A model generated the notes under the pieces. The model saw only the letters and a list, made by a program, of their open reading frames with translations, was not told where the DNA came from and searched no databases. From Betaproteobacteria bacterium (GTDB lineage Bacteria > Pseudomonadota > Gammaproteobacteria > Burkholderiales > SG8-41), in contig VGID01000017.1 in assembly GCA_016868035.1 (NCBI GenBank), positions 430 to 64,429 on the forward strand: DNA of 64,000 nt. Reading direction: 5' to 3'. The translations under genes and the position numbers were made by a program. Below are positions 1 to 9,594 of the stretch, piece by piece (position 1 is the stretch's first letter; each line of letters begins with the position of its first letter).

Positions 1-369
1 ACATTCGAAGCCGCGCGCCTCGACTGGGACCGCATCCGGTCCCCGGCGCACGCGGCGTGGCTCGCGCTCTACCGCGAACTGCTCTCGGTGCGTGCAGGCC
101 GCATCGTGCCGCTCCTGGCGGCTCTCGTGCCGGGCGCTGCACGCCACGAGGTCCTCGCCGAGCGCGCGCTGCGCGTGGAGTGGCCCCGCGCCGACGGAAC
201 CCGGCTTGCGCTCGCCGCGAACCTCGGGCCCGAGGCGTTCGGCACCGGGGCGTCCGCCCCGGGCGAGATCATCCATGCGCTGCCCGCCGCCGCCGCGGCC
301 GAATGGAAGAGCGGCAACTGGCTGCCGTGGTCCGCGGTGTGGTCGCTCCACGCGGAGGCGCGCGCGTGA
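1..369 (+). CDS. treZ: C-terminal fragment of a malto-oligosyltrehalose trehalohydrolase-like glycosidase (gene starts upstream of window)
   Basis: Frame 1 is open from the window edge to TGA 367-369 (..LALYRELLSVRAGRIVPLL..RVEWPRADGTRLALAANLG..). The C-terminal pattern and the malQ/treY neighbours fit a treZ-malQ-treY trehalose cluster. GTGA overlap with the next gene. Confidence 0.5.
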   Translation, partial: TFEAARLDWDRIRSPAHAAWLALYRELLSVRAGRIVPLLAALVPGAARHEVLAERALRVEWPRADGTRLALAANLGPEAFGTGASAPGEIIHALPAAAAAEWKSGNWLPWSAVWSLHAEARA

Positions 370-2615
370 ACCTCACCCTGCTCGAGCGCGCGTGCGCGGC
401 CTGCGGCATCTCGACCGAGTACCGGGACGTATGGGGCAAGACGCACCGCGTGCCCGCGGACACGTGCCGCGCGCTGCTCGCCGCGATGGGGGTGGCCGCA
501 GGCTCCGACGCCGAGCTCGAGCAGGCGCTGGCCGCCCGTGAAGCGCGCGATTGGCGCCGGGTGTTGGCGCCGGTGCTCGTCGTGCGCGCGGACGCGCCGG
601 AGCTCGCCGTGCCGGTGACGTTGCCCGCTCCCGCTCTCGGACGGCGGCATTCCTGGTCGCTCGTCGAGGAGCAGGGCGCGCGCCACGGCGGGGAGTTCGA
701 GCCGGCGGGATTGCCCGCCATCGGCGAGCGCCGCATCTCCGGCGCGGGCTTCGTCCGCTTTGCGCTGCGCCTGCCCGCGGTTCCGCCTCCCGGATACCAC
801 CGCCTGGAGATCGGGGCACTCGACGCTCCGGGGGAGGCCCGCGCCGCCGCGCCGCTGATCGTCGTTCCCGCGCGCTGCTACCTCCCGCCGGGGATGGCCA
901 ACGGGCGGGTGTGGGGCCCGATGGTCAATCTCTACGCGTTGCGCTCGGAACGCAACTGGGGCATCGGCGACTACACGGACTTGCGCGGAGTCATGGAGCT
1001 TGCCGCGCGCTGCGGGGCGGCGGTCGTGGGCGTGAACCCGCTGCACGCGCTCTTTCCCCACGATCCGGAGCATGCAAGCCCGTACAGCCCGGCGAGCCGG
1101 CAGCTGTTGAACGTGCTCTACCTCGATCCGGAGGGCGTGCCCGACTTCGCCGAGTGCGAGCCGGCGCGCGAGCGCCTCGCGAGCGCGGAGTTCCAGGCGC
1201 GGCTGCGCGCGGTGCGCGGCGCGGAACGGCTGGAATACCGCGCCGTCGCCGAGTTGAAGTTCGAGATCCTGGAGCGCATCTACACGCACTTTCGCGACCG
1301 GCACCTCGCGCGGGGCACGGAGCGCGCCGCTGCGTTCCGCGCGTTCCAGCAGGCCGGCGGCGAGTCGCTGCGCCTTGCCTCGCTCTTCTACGCGCTGCAG
1401 GAGCATCTCGGTGCGAGCGACGCCCGCGTGTGGGGCTGGCGCTCGTGGCCCGAGCCCTACCGCGACCCGCGCACGCCCGAGGTCGCGCAATACGCGCGCG
1501 AGCACGTGGAGCGCACCGAATATCACGATTATCTGCAGTGGAACGCCGAGCTGCAGCTCGACGCCGTCGGCAAGCGCTCGCTCGAGCTCGGGCTGCGCGT
1601 GGGCCTCTACCAGGACCTCGCGGTGGGGGTGGACCCCGGCGGAGCCGAGGCGTGGGGAGCGCAGTCGCTGTACGCAGGCGCGGTTTCCATCGGCTGCCCG
1701 CCCGACGATTTCAACCTGAAGGGGCAGAGCTGGGGCCTGCCGCCGCTGCTGCCCGATCAGCTCACTGCGGCCGCCTACGCCCCGATCGTCGCGCTGCTGC
1801 GCGAGAACATGCGCGATGCGGGCGCGCTGCGCATCGACCACGTGATGGGCCTCATGCGGCTCTTCTGGGTGCCGGCGGGCGAGCTGCCCGCGCGGGGCGC
1901 CTATGTGTCGTACCCGTTCGAGGACCTGCTGGGGATCGTCGCGCTGGAGAGCCAGCGCAACCTCTGCATCGTGATCGGCGAGGATCTCGGCACGCTCCCG
2001 GACGGGCTCGCGGAGCGGCTGCGCGCGGCGGGCGTGCTCTCCTACCGCCTGCTCTATTTCGAGCGCGAGCCCGACGGGGCGTTCCGCGCGCCGCAGCGCT
2101 ACCCGGCGCAGGCGCTGGCAGCGGTGAGCACGCACGACCTGCCCACGCTGCGCGGCTTCTGGCAGGGGCGCGACCTCGACCTGCGCAGCGCGCTGAAGCT
2201 CTTCCCGAGCGAGGAGCTGCGCCAGCGCCAGATCGTGGAGCGCGCGCAGGACCGCGCGCGGCTGCTCGTCGCGCTGGAGGCGGAGAAGCTGCTGCCGCCC
2301 GGCGCGAGCGTGCACGCGATCCCGGGGCCGGAGGTGACGCACGATTTCATGGTCGCGGTGCACCGGTTCCTCGCCCGCACCCCGTGCCGGCTGCTCATGG
2401 TCCAGCCCGAGGACCTCTTCGGCCAGCTCGACCAGGTGAACCTTCCCGCGACCACGGCGGTTGAGCACCCGAACTGGCGGCACCGGCTGCCGCTCGAGCT
2501 CGAGCAGTGGGAGATGGATGAGCGCTGGCGCTCGTTTTGCTCGGCGCTCAACGCCGAGCGCGGGCCGCTCGCGGCGCCCGCGCCCGCTCCCGTGCGCGCA
2601 CCGGACGCGACCTAG
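366..2615 (+). CDS. malQ: 4-alpha-glucanotransferase (amylomaltase, GH77)
   Basis: In-frame GTG at 366 overlaps the upstream stop. Motifs NPLHALFPHDPEHASPYSPASR, GLYQDLAVGVDPGGAEAW, LRIDHVMGLMRLFW and VSTHDLPTLRGFW are typical of MalQ. The 57-365 extension of the ORF overlaps treZ and is Arg/Ala-rich. Confidence 0.85.
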   Translation: MNLTLLERACAACGISTEYRDVWGKTHRVPADTCRALLAAMGVAAGSDAELEQALAAREARDWRRVLAPVLVVRADAPELAVPVTLPAPALGRRHSWSLVEEQGARHGGEFEPAGLPAIGERRISGAGFVRFALRLPAVPPPGYHRLEIGALDAPGEARAAAPLIVVPARCYLPPGMANGRVWGPMVNLYALRSERNWGIGDYTDLRGVMELAARCGAAVVGVNPLHALFPHDPEHASPYSPASRQLLNVLYLDPEGVPDFAECEPARERLASAEFQARLRAVRGAERLEYRAVAELKFEILERIYTHFRDRHLARGTERAAAFRAFQQAGGESLRLASLFYALQEHLGASDARVWGWRSWPEPYRDPRTPEVAQYAREHVERTEYHDYLQWNAELQLDAVGKRSLELGLRVGLYQDLAVGVDPGGAEAWGAQSLYAGAVSIGCPPDDFNLKGQSWGLPPLLPDQLTAAAYAPIVALLRENMRDAGALRIDHVMGLMRLFWVPAGELPARGAYVSYPFEDLLGIVALESQRNLCIVIGEDLGTLPDGLAERLRAAGVLSYRLLYFEREPDGAFRAPQRYPAQALAAVSTHDLPTLRGFWQGRDLDLRSALKLFPSEELRQRQIVERAQDRARLLVALEAEKLLPPGASVHAIPGPEVTHDFMVAVHRFLARTPCRLLMVQPEDLFGQLDQVNLPATTAVEHPNWRHRLPLELEQWEMDERWRSFCSALNAERGPLAAPAPAPVRAPDAT

Positions 2616-2648
2616 GAGTTTGTCGGACTTTAGCCCGACAAACTCCTA
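2613..2648. repeat. Perfect 14-bp-stem palindrome at the malQ/treY junction
   Basis: TAGGAGTTTGTCGG-ACTTTAGC-CCGACAAACTCCTA. It contains the malQ TAG stop (2613-2615). No T-run follows, so it is not a canonical terminator. It sits where the first codons of treY would be expected. Confidence 0.8.
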
Positions 2649-3305
2649 TTGCAGTTCAACAGCGCCTTCACTTTCGCGCACGCGGCCGAGCTCGTGCCCT
2701 ACCTCCACGAGCTGGGGGTGTCGCACTGCTACGCATCGCCGTACTTCCACGCGCGCCCCGGCAGCACCCACGGCTACGACATCGTGGACCACGGCGCCTT
2801 CAACCCCGAGATCGGGGACGAGCCCGCGCTCGAGCGCTTCGCCGCGGAACTCGCGCGGCGGGGCATGGGGCAGGTGCTCGACATGGTCCCGAACGAGCGC
2901 ATGGAGGACGGCCGGGCAAAACGTTTCACGACCTGGAAGGGCCTCGCGGCGCGGCGGGAGCATTCCACGCTGTTCGCGAAGGGCGAGTACGTGCCCCTCG
3001 AGACGGCGGGCGAGCACGCGGAGCGCCTGTGCGTGTTCGCGCGCGTCGCCAGCGATCGCGCGGCGATCGCGGTTGCGCCGCGCCTCGTCGGCGGTCTCGT
3101 CGAGGCGCACGGCGCGCCGCTCGGGCGCGCCGCGTGGGCGGACACCCGCATCGTGCTGCCGGCGCGGGTCGCCGGCGGCCTTCGCAACCCGTACACCGCC
3201 GAGGAGCTCGCGCCGGACGGCGCGGGCACGTTGCGTGCGGCGGAGGTGCTGCGCGCGTATCCTGTGGCGTTGTTGTTGTGTAACATGGACGCAGCGGAGC
3301 GGTGA
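2649..3305 (+). pseudogene. treY: In-frame internal-deletion remnant of malto-oligosyltrehalose synthase
   Basis: The 218-aa ORF joins a TreY-like N-terminus (LQFNSAFTFAHAAELVPYLHELGVSHCYASPYFHARPGSTHGYDIVDH...LDMVPN) directly to a TreY-like C-terminus (EDGRAKRFTTWKGLAARREHSTLFAKGEYVPLE...LRAYPVALL). Intact TreY is several hundred residues longer in my recollection. It has only a TTG start and the usual first residues before LQFN are missing. Confidence 0.65.
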
Positions 3306-3594
3306 GGAGCGCACGGGCCCCGGGGCCCGCGCCGAGGGAACTTTTCGACCGCCCGCGGTCGAAGATTACGTAAGCAGAAACAACGCGTTCGGGCACACGG
3401 CGGGCAGCAACGCCAGGCCCGGGGCTTCATCGAACTGCGGTCGCGCCCGGTGGCGCGGCGCAATCAGACGAACGAACAGCGGGGTTCGGTGCGGCGTCTC
3501 TTTTCTCTGTTTCTCGTTTCCGCAGCAGCGCCGCGGCAGCGCGCAGCGTGGAGCGGCGCACGCGCAACCGGGCGCGAGGGAGTAGGAACGGCTC

Positions 3595-4668
3595 ATGAGG
3601 GTATGGCAGGACCTCTTGCTGGCGAATGATTTCGCCGCCTGGCTGCTCGCCGCCACGATCGGCGGGGGCGTGCTCGCGGTGCTGGCGCTCGTCAAGTACG
3701 CCGGCGCGCGCGTGCTGGGCGCGATCGCGCGCCGCACCGAGGCCGGCTGGGACAACGCCGCGGCGGAGGCGCTGCGCGCGACGAGCGTTTTTCTCGGCGT
3801 GGTGTTCGCGCTCTACGCGGGCGCGACCGCGCTCACGGTCCCGGCAAGGCTCGGCGAGCTGCTCTCGATCGTCGCGGTGCTGGCGCTGCTGCTGCAGGTC
3901 GCGCTGTGGGCAAACCGCTTCATCGTCTCGTGGTTCGCGGTGCAGATACCGCGCCGGCGCGCGGTCGATCCGGAAGGAGCCACCGCCTACAACCTGCTCG
4001 GCGTGGGCGCCCGGATCTTCGTGTGGTCGCTCATCCTGCTCGTGGCGCTCGACCACCTCGGCTTCAACATCACGGGGCTCGTGGCGGGGCTCGGCATCGG
4101 CGGCATCGCGGTCGCGCTCGCGGTGCAGAACATCCTGGGCGACCTCTTCGCCTCGCTCTCGATCGTGCTCGACAAGCCGTTCGTCGTGGGCGACTTCATC
4201 GTGGTGGACAGCCTGCGGGGCACGGTCGAGCGCGTGGGCATCAAGACGACCCACGTGCGCAGCCTCGACGGGGAGATGCTGGTGTTCTCGAACGCCGATC
4301 TCCTGAAGAGCCGCATCCGCAATTTCAAGCGCATGCTGGAGCGGCGCGTGCTGTTCCGCATCGGAGTCATCTACCAGACGCCGGCGGAGAAGGTGAAGTC
4401 GATTCCGCAGTGGCTGCGCGAGGCGGTCGAAGCGCAGCAGAACGCGCGATTCGACCGCGCGCACTTCCTCGAATACGGAGATTCCGCGCTCGTCTTCGAG
4501 ATCGTCTATTACGTGCGGAGTCCGGACTACAACGTCTACATGGATACGCAGCAGGCGATCAACCTCGCGATCCTCGACCGCTTCGCCCGCGAGGGAGTGG
4601 AGTTCGCCTACCCGACCCGCACGCTGCACATCAGCTCGATGGTGCAGGCGGCCGGCGCGACCGCTTGA
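3595..4668 (+). CDS. Small-conductance mechanosensitive channel (MscS family)
   Basis: N-terminal TM helices followed by GIGGIAVALAVQNILGDLFASLSIVLDKPFVVGDFIVVDSLRGTVERVGIKTTHVRSLDGEMLVFSNADL, the typical MscS pore and beta-domain signature. GGAG-like RBS (gggagtagga) upstream. Confidence 0.85.
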   Translation: MRVWQDLLLANDFAAWLLAATIGGGVLAVLALVKYAGARVLGAIARRTEAGWDNAAAEALRATSVFLGVVFALYAGATALTVPARLGELLSIVAVLALLLQVALWANRFIVSWFAVQIPRRRAVDPEGATAYNLLGVGARIFVWSLILLVALDHLGFNITGLVAGLGIGGIAVALAVQNILGDLFASLSIVLDKPFVVGDFIVVDSLRGTVERVGIKTTHVRSLDGEMLVFSNADLLKSRIRNFKRMLERRVLFRIGVIYQTPAEKVKSIPQWLREAVEAQQNARFDRAHFLEYGDSALVFEIVYYVRSPDYNVYMDTQQAINLAILDRFAREGVEFAYPTRTLHISSMVQAAGATA

Positions 4669-4685
4669 CGAGGGGGGAACGCGTT

Positions 4686-6185
4686 ATGGCCAGAGCCCGG
4701 GAACGCCTGATCGTCGTATCGAACCGGCTGCCGTTCGTGTTCCGGCGCGGCGCCAGGGGGGAGTGGGAGGTCGAGCCCGGAACGGGGGGGCTGGTGACCG
4801 CGCTGCTGCCGGTGCTGCGGCACAGGGGCGGCACCTGGATCGGCTGGCCGGGGCTTGCCGAGGTCTCGCGCGAGCTCGCGGCGAAGCTCGAGGCCGTCGG
4901 CGAGGGCTCGGGATACCGGCTGCGCGGGGTGCAGTTGACGGCGGAGGAGGTGCGCGACTTCTACGAGGGCTTCTCCAACCAGATCATCTGGCCGCTGTTC
5001 CACGATCTCACCTCGCTGTGCAACTTCGACCCGCCCTACTGGCGCATCTACTGCGCCGTCAACCGCAAGTTCGCCAAGGTGGTGCGGGAGGCGAGCGAGG
5101 CGGGGGACTTCATCTGGGTGCACGACTACCACCTCATGAACGTCGCAGCGGACCTGCGCACGCTGGGCTCGAAGGCGCGCACCGGCTTCTTCCTGCACAT
5201 CCCGTTCCCGCCGATCGACATCTTCCTCAAGCTGCCGTGGCGCCTCGAGCTGCTGGAAGCGCTGCTGCAGTTCGACCTCATCGGCCTGCAGACGCCGCGC
5301 GACCGGAGAAACTTCGTGCAGTGCGCGCGCGCGCTCGTGAAGGATTTCGAGGTCGAGGGCCGCGGGCAGGTGGTGGTCGCGCGGGCGGGCAGCCGCAAGC
5401 TGCGCATCGGGAGCGTTCCGATCAGCATCGACTACAACGCCTTCATGCGCCAGGCGTCCACCGCCGAGGTCGCCGGGAAGTGCGAGGAGCTGCACGCGCT
5501 GCTGCCCAAGCGCAAGCTCATCCTCGGGCTCGACCGGCTCGACTACACCAAGGGCATTCCCCAGCGGCTGAAGGCCTTCCACAGCCTGTTCGCGCGCTAC
5601 CCCGACATGCGCGAGCGCGTCTCGCTGATCCAGGTGGTGGTGCCGAGCCGCGAGGACATCGCGGAATACAGGGGCCTGAAGCTCGAGATCGAGCAGCTCG
5701 CGGGCAAGATCAACGGCAGCTTCGTGCGCCCGGGCGGCTGGGTGCCGGTATGGTACGTCTACCGCAGCCTCACCCGCACCGAGCTGCTCTCCTATTACCG
5801 CGCCGCGGACATCGCGCTCATCACGCCGCTCAAGGACGGGATGAACCTGGTGGCGAAGGAATACTGCGCCTGCAACATCGAGGAGGAAGGCGTGCTGATC
5901 CTGTCCTCGTTCGCGGGCGCCGCAGCGGAGCTCGGGAGGGACGCGCTGCTCGTCAATCCCTACGACATCGAAGGGGTGGCCGATGCGGTGCGGCGCGCGT
6001 TCCGCATGGAGAAGGCGGAGCGCCAGGCGCGCATGCGCCGGATGCGCAGGCACATCCGCGAGTACGACGTATTCTGGTGGGTGGACGCCTTCCTGCGCGC
6101 GGCGATCACCAAGGATCTGAGCGCGTTTCCCCAGCCCGAGGACCGCGCGCTGGAGAAAGGAACCGGCGAGCTCGTGTCGCTGTAG
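4686..6185 (+). CDS. otsA: Alpha,alpha-trehalose-phosphate synthase (GT20)
   Basis: ATG 4686 within ORF 3906-6185. RLIVVSNRLPFVF..GGLVTALLPVL..GTWIGWPG, DFIWVHDYHLM and LITPLKDGMNLVAKEY are OtsA hallmarks. The upstream part of the ORF overlaps mscS. Confidence 0.85.
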   Translation: MARARERLIVVSNRLPFVFRRGARGEWEVEPGTGGLVTALLPVLRHRGGTWIGWPGLAEVSRELAAKLEAVGEGSGYRLRGVQLTAEEVRDFYEGFSNQIIWPLFHDLTSLCNFDPPYWRIYCAVNRKFAKVVREASEAGDFIWVHDYHLMNVAADLRTLGSKARTGFFLHIPFPPIDIFLKLPWRLELLEALLQFDLIGLQTPRDRRNFVQCARALVKDFEVEGRGQVVVARAGSRKLRIGSVPISIDYNAFMRQASTAEVAGKCEELHALLPKRKLILGLDRLDYTKGIPQRLKAFHSLFARYPDMRERVSLIQVVVPSREDIAEYRGLKLEIEQLAGKINGSFVRPGGWVPVWYVYRSLTRTELLSYYRAADIALITPLKDGMNLVAKEYCACNIEEEGVLILSSFAGAAAELGRDALLVNPYDIEGVADAVRRAFRMEKAERQARMRRMRRHIREYDVFWWVDAFLRAAITKDLSAFPQPEDRALEKGTGELVSL

Positions 6186-6337
6186 CGCGCCGCGAAAACT
6201 TGTGGCGTGAGGCGGGTTCTGCAATGATGGGGCCCGGTTCCGGCGCGCCCCCTTGACCGGGGGCGTGCGGCGCGGCGTGCCCGTCGGCGAGCGCACGGGC
6301 ACGCCCGGTTGCACCGGAAGACCGGCGACCCGCAGCG

Positions 6338-7546
6338 ATGGCGACTTTCCTGCCCCAATATCCTTTCGCCGCCAACCCGCTCCTGCTTTTCGGGTTGCTG
6401 CTGCTCGCCGGCTACGCCGGCGGCGAGCTCGTGCAGCGCCTGCTCGGCGTGCCGCGCATCGTGGGCTATGCGCTCGTCGGTCTCGCCCTCGGCGCGAGCG
6501 GGCTCGGTGTGCTCGATGCCCGGCTCGTGGGCGAGGCCTGGATCTTCGTGGACATCGCGCTGGGGCTGATCCTCTTCGAGCTCGGCTGCCGGCTCGATCT
6601 CGCGTGGCTCAGGCGCGACCGGTGGCTCGCGGCGACCGGCGTGCTGGAGAGCGCGCTCGCCTTCGTCTTCGTCTACGGCGCGCTCGTCATTTTCGGGGTT
6701 GAGCCGCTCGTGGCCGCGATGGCGGCCGCGATCGGCATGGCGACCTCGCCGGCGGTCGTGATCGTGGTGGCGCAGGAGCTGCGCGCGGAAGGGCAGGTCA
6801 CCGAGCGCGCGCTGAATCTGGTCGCCATGAACAGCGTGATCGCATTCGTCACCGCCACGATGCTGCTCTCCTGGATCCATCACGAGTACCAGGCGGGCGT
6901 GGTGATGGCGCTGCTGCATCCGCTGTACCTGCTCGCCGGCTCGCTGCTGCTCGGCTATGGCGCCGCGATTGCCGCGCTCGCGCTCGGACGCTGGCTCGGC
7001 AAGAGCGAGCGCGGCCAGTACGTGCTCGCGCTCGCGCTCGTCGTGGTCGTGGTCGGATCCGCCCGCATGCTCGAGGTCTCCGCGGTGCTCGGCGTGCTCG
7101 CGTTCGGGGTCCTGTCGAGGAACCTCGATGCGCGCCACGATCTCATGCCGTTCGACGTCGGAAGGCTCGGGCAGCTGTTCGTGGTGGTGCTGTTCGTGGT
7201 GACGAGCGCGACGCTCAAGGTGGGCGAACTCGTCTCCGGCGCCGCGCTCGCGCTCGCGTTCGTGCTCGCGCGCTTTGCGGGCAAGTCGCTCGGGGTGCTC
7301 GCGCTGACGTATCTGAGCGGGGTGCGCCGCGGGGCGGCGGGCCTGCTGTGCCTCGCGCTGACGCCCATGTCGGTGCTCGCGGTCGCGATGGTGCGCGGCG
7401 CGGGTGAGATGTACCCCGAGTTCGGCGCCAGGCTCGCCGCGATCGTGCTCTCGGCGGTGATCATCCTCGATCTCGTCGGTCCGGTGGCGGTGCAATTCGC
7501 CCTCAAGCGGGCCGGCGAGGCCGCTCCGGAGGAGACCGCGCGGTGA
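6338..7546 (+). CDS. Cation:proton antiporter (Na+/H+ exchanger / CPA2-like membrane protein)
   Basis: 402-aa polytopic membrane protein. The N-terminus LLLFGLLLLAGYAGGELVQRLLGVPRIVGYALVGLALG is typical of the Kef/CPA2 exchanger family. No C-terminal TrkA-N domain. Confidence 0.7.
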   Translation: MATFLPQYPFAANPLLLFGLLLLAGYAGGELVQRLLGVPRIVGYALVGLALGASGLGVLDARLVGEAWIFVDIALGLILFELGCRLDLAWLRRDRWLAATGVLESALAFVFVYGALVIFGVEPLVAAMAAAIGMATSPAVVIVVAQELRAEGQVTERALNLVAMNSVIAFVTATMLLSWIHHEYQAGVVMALLHPLYLLAGSLLLGYGAAIAALALGRWLGKSERGQYVLALALVVVVVGSARMLEVSAVLGVLAFGVLSRNLDARHDLMPFDVGRLGQLFVVVLFVVTSATLKVGELVSGAALALAFVLARFAGKSLGVLALTYLSGVRRGAAGLLCLALTPMSVLAVAMVRGAGEMYPEFGARLAAIVLSAVIILDLVGPVAVQFALKRAGEAAPEETAR

Positions 7547-8676
7547 GCGACACCGATTTCACGGCCTCGCCGGGCCACACGGTCGGCGTGGAGCTGGAAC
7601 TGCAGATCCTCAATGCACGCGACTTCAACCTCGCGCGCGACGCGGCCGACGTGATCGCGCTGGTGGAGAGATCGGGCCGCCCCGGGGAGGCGAAGCCGGA
7701 GATCACGGAGAGCATGCTCGAGCTCAATACCTCGGTGCACCCGGGCTACGAGCCGCTCGCGCGCGAGCTCCTCGAGCTGCGCGACCGCGTATCCGCGGCG
7801 GGGGAGCGCCTCAACGTGCGCATCGCGGGCGGCGGCTCGCACCCCTTTCACAGCTGGAGCGACCGGCGCATCTATCCCTCGGAGCGCTTCAGGAGCCTCA
7901 TGGAGCGCTACGGATACCTCGCCAAGCAGTTCACCGTGTTCGGCCAGCACGTGCACGTGGGCTGCGCGGACGGGGACGAGGCGATCTATCTTACGCACGT
8001 GCTCGCGCGCTTCGTTCCGCACTTCATCGCGCTCTCCGCGTCCTCGCCGTTCCAGGAGGGCGCCGACACCCTCTACCAGTCCTCGCGCCTGAACGCAGTC
8101 GCGGCCTTCCCGCTCTCCGGCCACGCGCCCTTCGTGCAGTCCTGGGAGGAGTTCCTCGGCTACTTCAACCGCATGCGCGGCCACCGGATCGTCGAGAGCA
8201 TGAAGGACTTCTACTGGGACGTGCGGCCCAAGCCCGAGTACGGCACCGTCGAGGTGCGCGTGTTCGACACGCCGCTCACCGTGGAGCGCGCCGCGCGGCT
8301 CGCCGCCTACGTCCAGGCGCTCGCGAGCTACGCGCTTGCCGAAAGGCCGCTGGCGCCCACGGCCGAGGTCTACACGTTCTACAATTACAACCGCTACCAG
8401 GCGTGCCGCTACGGACTGGAAGGCGTCCTCATCGATCCCTACCGCGAAGCGCGGGTGCCGTTGCGCGAGGACATCGCGGATGCGCTGGCGGCGGTCGCGC
8501 CGCACGCGGCGGAGCTCGGGGGCGCCGCCGCGGTGGAGGAGCTCGCGGCGGGGGTCCGGGAAGGCTGGAGCGACGCCGCGTGGCTGCGCAAGGTACACCG
8601 CGCGCGCGGATCGCTGAGCGACGTTGCGCGCATGCAGAGCGAGGTCTGGATGGGAAAGAGCGGGCTCGGGATTTGA
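7543..8676 (+). CDS. ybdK: Carboxylate-amine ligase (glutamate-cysteine ligase family 2, YbdK-like)
   Basis: GTG start overlapping the upstream stop. TVGVELELQILN..., SMLELNTSV, GGGSHPFHSW, FGQHVHVGC and VEVRVFDTP match the GCS2/YbdK family. Confidence 0.8.
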   Translation: MSDTDFTASPGHTVGVELELQILNARDFNLARDAADVIALVERSGRPGEAKPEITESMLELNTSVHPGYEPLARELLELRDRVSAAGERLNVRIAGGGSHPFHSWSDRRIYPSERFRSLMERYGYLAKQFTVFGQHVHVGCADGDEAIYLTHVLARFVPHFIALSASSPFQEGADTLYQSSRLNAVAAFPLSGHAPFVQSWEEFLGYFNRMRGHRIVESMKDFYWDVRPKPEYGTVEVRVFDTPLTVERAARLAAYVQALASYALAERPLAPTAEVYTFYNYNRYQACRYGLEGVLIDPYREARVPLREDIADALAAVAPHAAELGGAAAVEELAAGVREGWSDAAWLRKVHRARGSLSDVARMQSEVWMGKSGLGI

Positions 8677-8710
8677 ACGCTATGCTCCTCGCACGGTCTG
8701 TCAGTCAACA

Positions 8711-9532
8711 ATGAGAAAACCGCTCAAGATCGGGCTCTCGGCCCGCTTCCTGCACCGCGTTCCGCGCGAGATGGGCTTCCGGGGCAAGAAGCTGCAGTAC
8801 CTGGAGCAGACGATCGCCCACTGGCTCATGACGGCCTCCGCCCTGGTGTTCATGGTCCCGTCGATCGCGGGCGGCGGCCTGCTGCGGCGGGGCAACGTGC
8901 GCGTGGCCGATTACGTCGCCGAGCTCGACGCGCTGGTGCTGCAGGGCGGCGCGGACGTGAGCCCGCTCACCTACGGCGACCAGGCGCTCAAGCCGGAGTG
9001 GGAGGGGGACCGCGTGCGCGACATGTACGAGATGGATCTCGTGCAGGAGTTCATCGCCGCCGGCAAGCCCGTGCTCGGCATCTGCCGCGGGCTGCAGCTC
9101 ATCAACGTCGCGTTCGGCGGGACGCTCTACCAGGACCTTTCCCTGCGTCACGCGCAAGCGGGCGGGCACCACGACAGGGAGGCGTACGACCAGAATTTCC
9201 ACGAGATCGCGCTGGTGCCCGGCTCGGGGCTCGCGCGCCTCTACCCGGGGCTCGCGCGTGCCCACGTGAGCAGCATCCACCACCAGGGCATCAAGGACCT
9301 CGGCATGGACCTCGCGGTGGAGGCGTTGTCGCTGCCCGACAAGGTGATCGAGGCGATCCGCTGGAAGGGCGAGGGCTACGTGGTCGGCGTGCAGTGGCAT
9401 CCGGAGTTTCACGACCCGGAGCGTCCCGATCTTCTCGACGGCACGCCGCTGCTGCGCGAGTTCCTCGACCGGGCCGAGACGGTGCGCGACGGGAAGTCGA
9501 AGGCGACGGTGCCTGCGGGTGCCGGCGCGTGA
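8711..9532 (+). CDS. Class I glutamine amidotransferase-like / peptidase C26 gamma-glutamyl hydrolase family protein
   Basis: ATG 8711. GICRGLQLINVAFGGTLYQDL (nucleophile elbow), HHQGIKDLG and VQWHPEF are typical of the PuuD/C26 family. Confidence 0.8.
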   Translation: MRKPLKIGLSARFLHRVPREMGFRGKKLQYLEQTIAHWLMTASALVFMVPSIAGGGLLRRGNVRVADYVAELDALVLQGGADVSPLTYGDQALKPEWEGDRVRDMYEMDLVQEFIAAGKPVLGICRGLQLINVAFGGTLYQDLSLRHAQAGGHHDREAYDQNFHEIALVPGSGLARLYPGLARAHVSSIHHQGIKDLGMDLAVEALSLPDKVIEAIRWKGEGYVVGVQWHPEFHDPERPDLLDGTPLLREFLDRAETVRDGKSKATVPAGAGA

Positions 9533-9594
9533 ACCGGCGCGCCGGCGCGCGGTCAAAAAAGCTAGACGCACTTCCCTCGAGAAAGGAGCAACCG

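Noticed and set aside
57-365. 5' extension of the malQ ORF (start at 57)
   Set aside because: It overlaps the open treZ frame and encodes an Arg/Ala/Pro-rich stretch. GTG 366 gives a GTGA-coupled start and a family-typical N-terminus.
69-2483. 804-aa minus-strand ORF antisense to malQ
   Set aside because: Arg/Ala/Gly/Pro-dominated low-complexity translation typical of shadow ORFs in GC-rich DNA. The plus strand carries clear GH77 motifs.
3906-4685. Upstream 260 codons of the ORF containing otsA
   Set aside because: It lies entirely inside the MscS-family gene in another frame and is Arg/Gly/Ala-rich. OtsA homology starts at ATG 4686.
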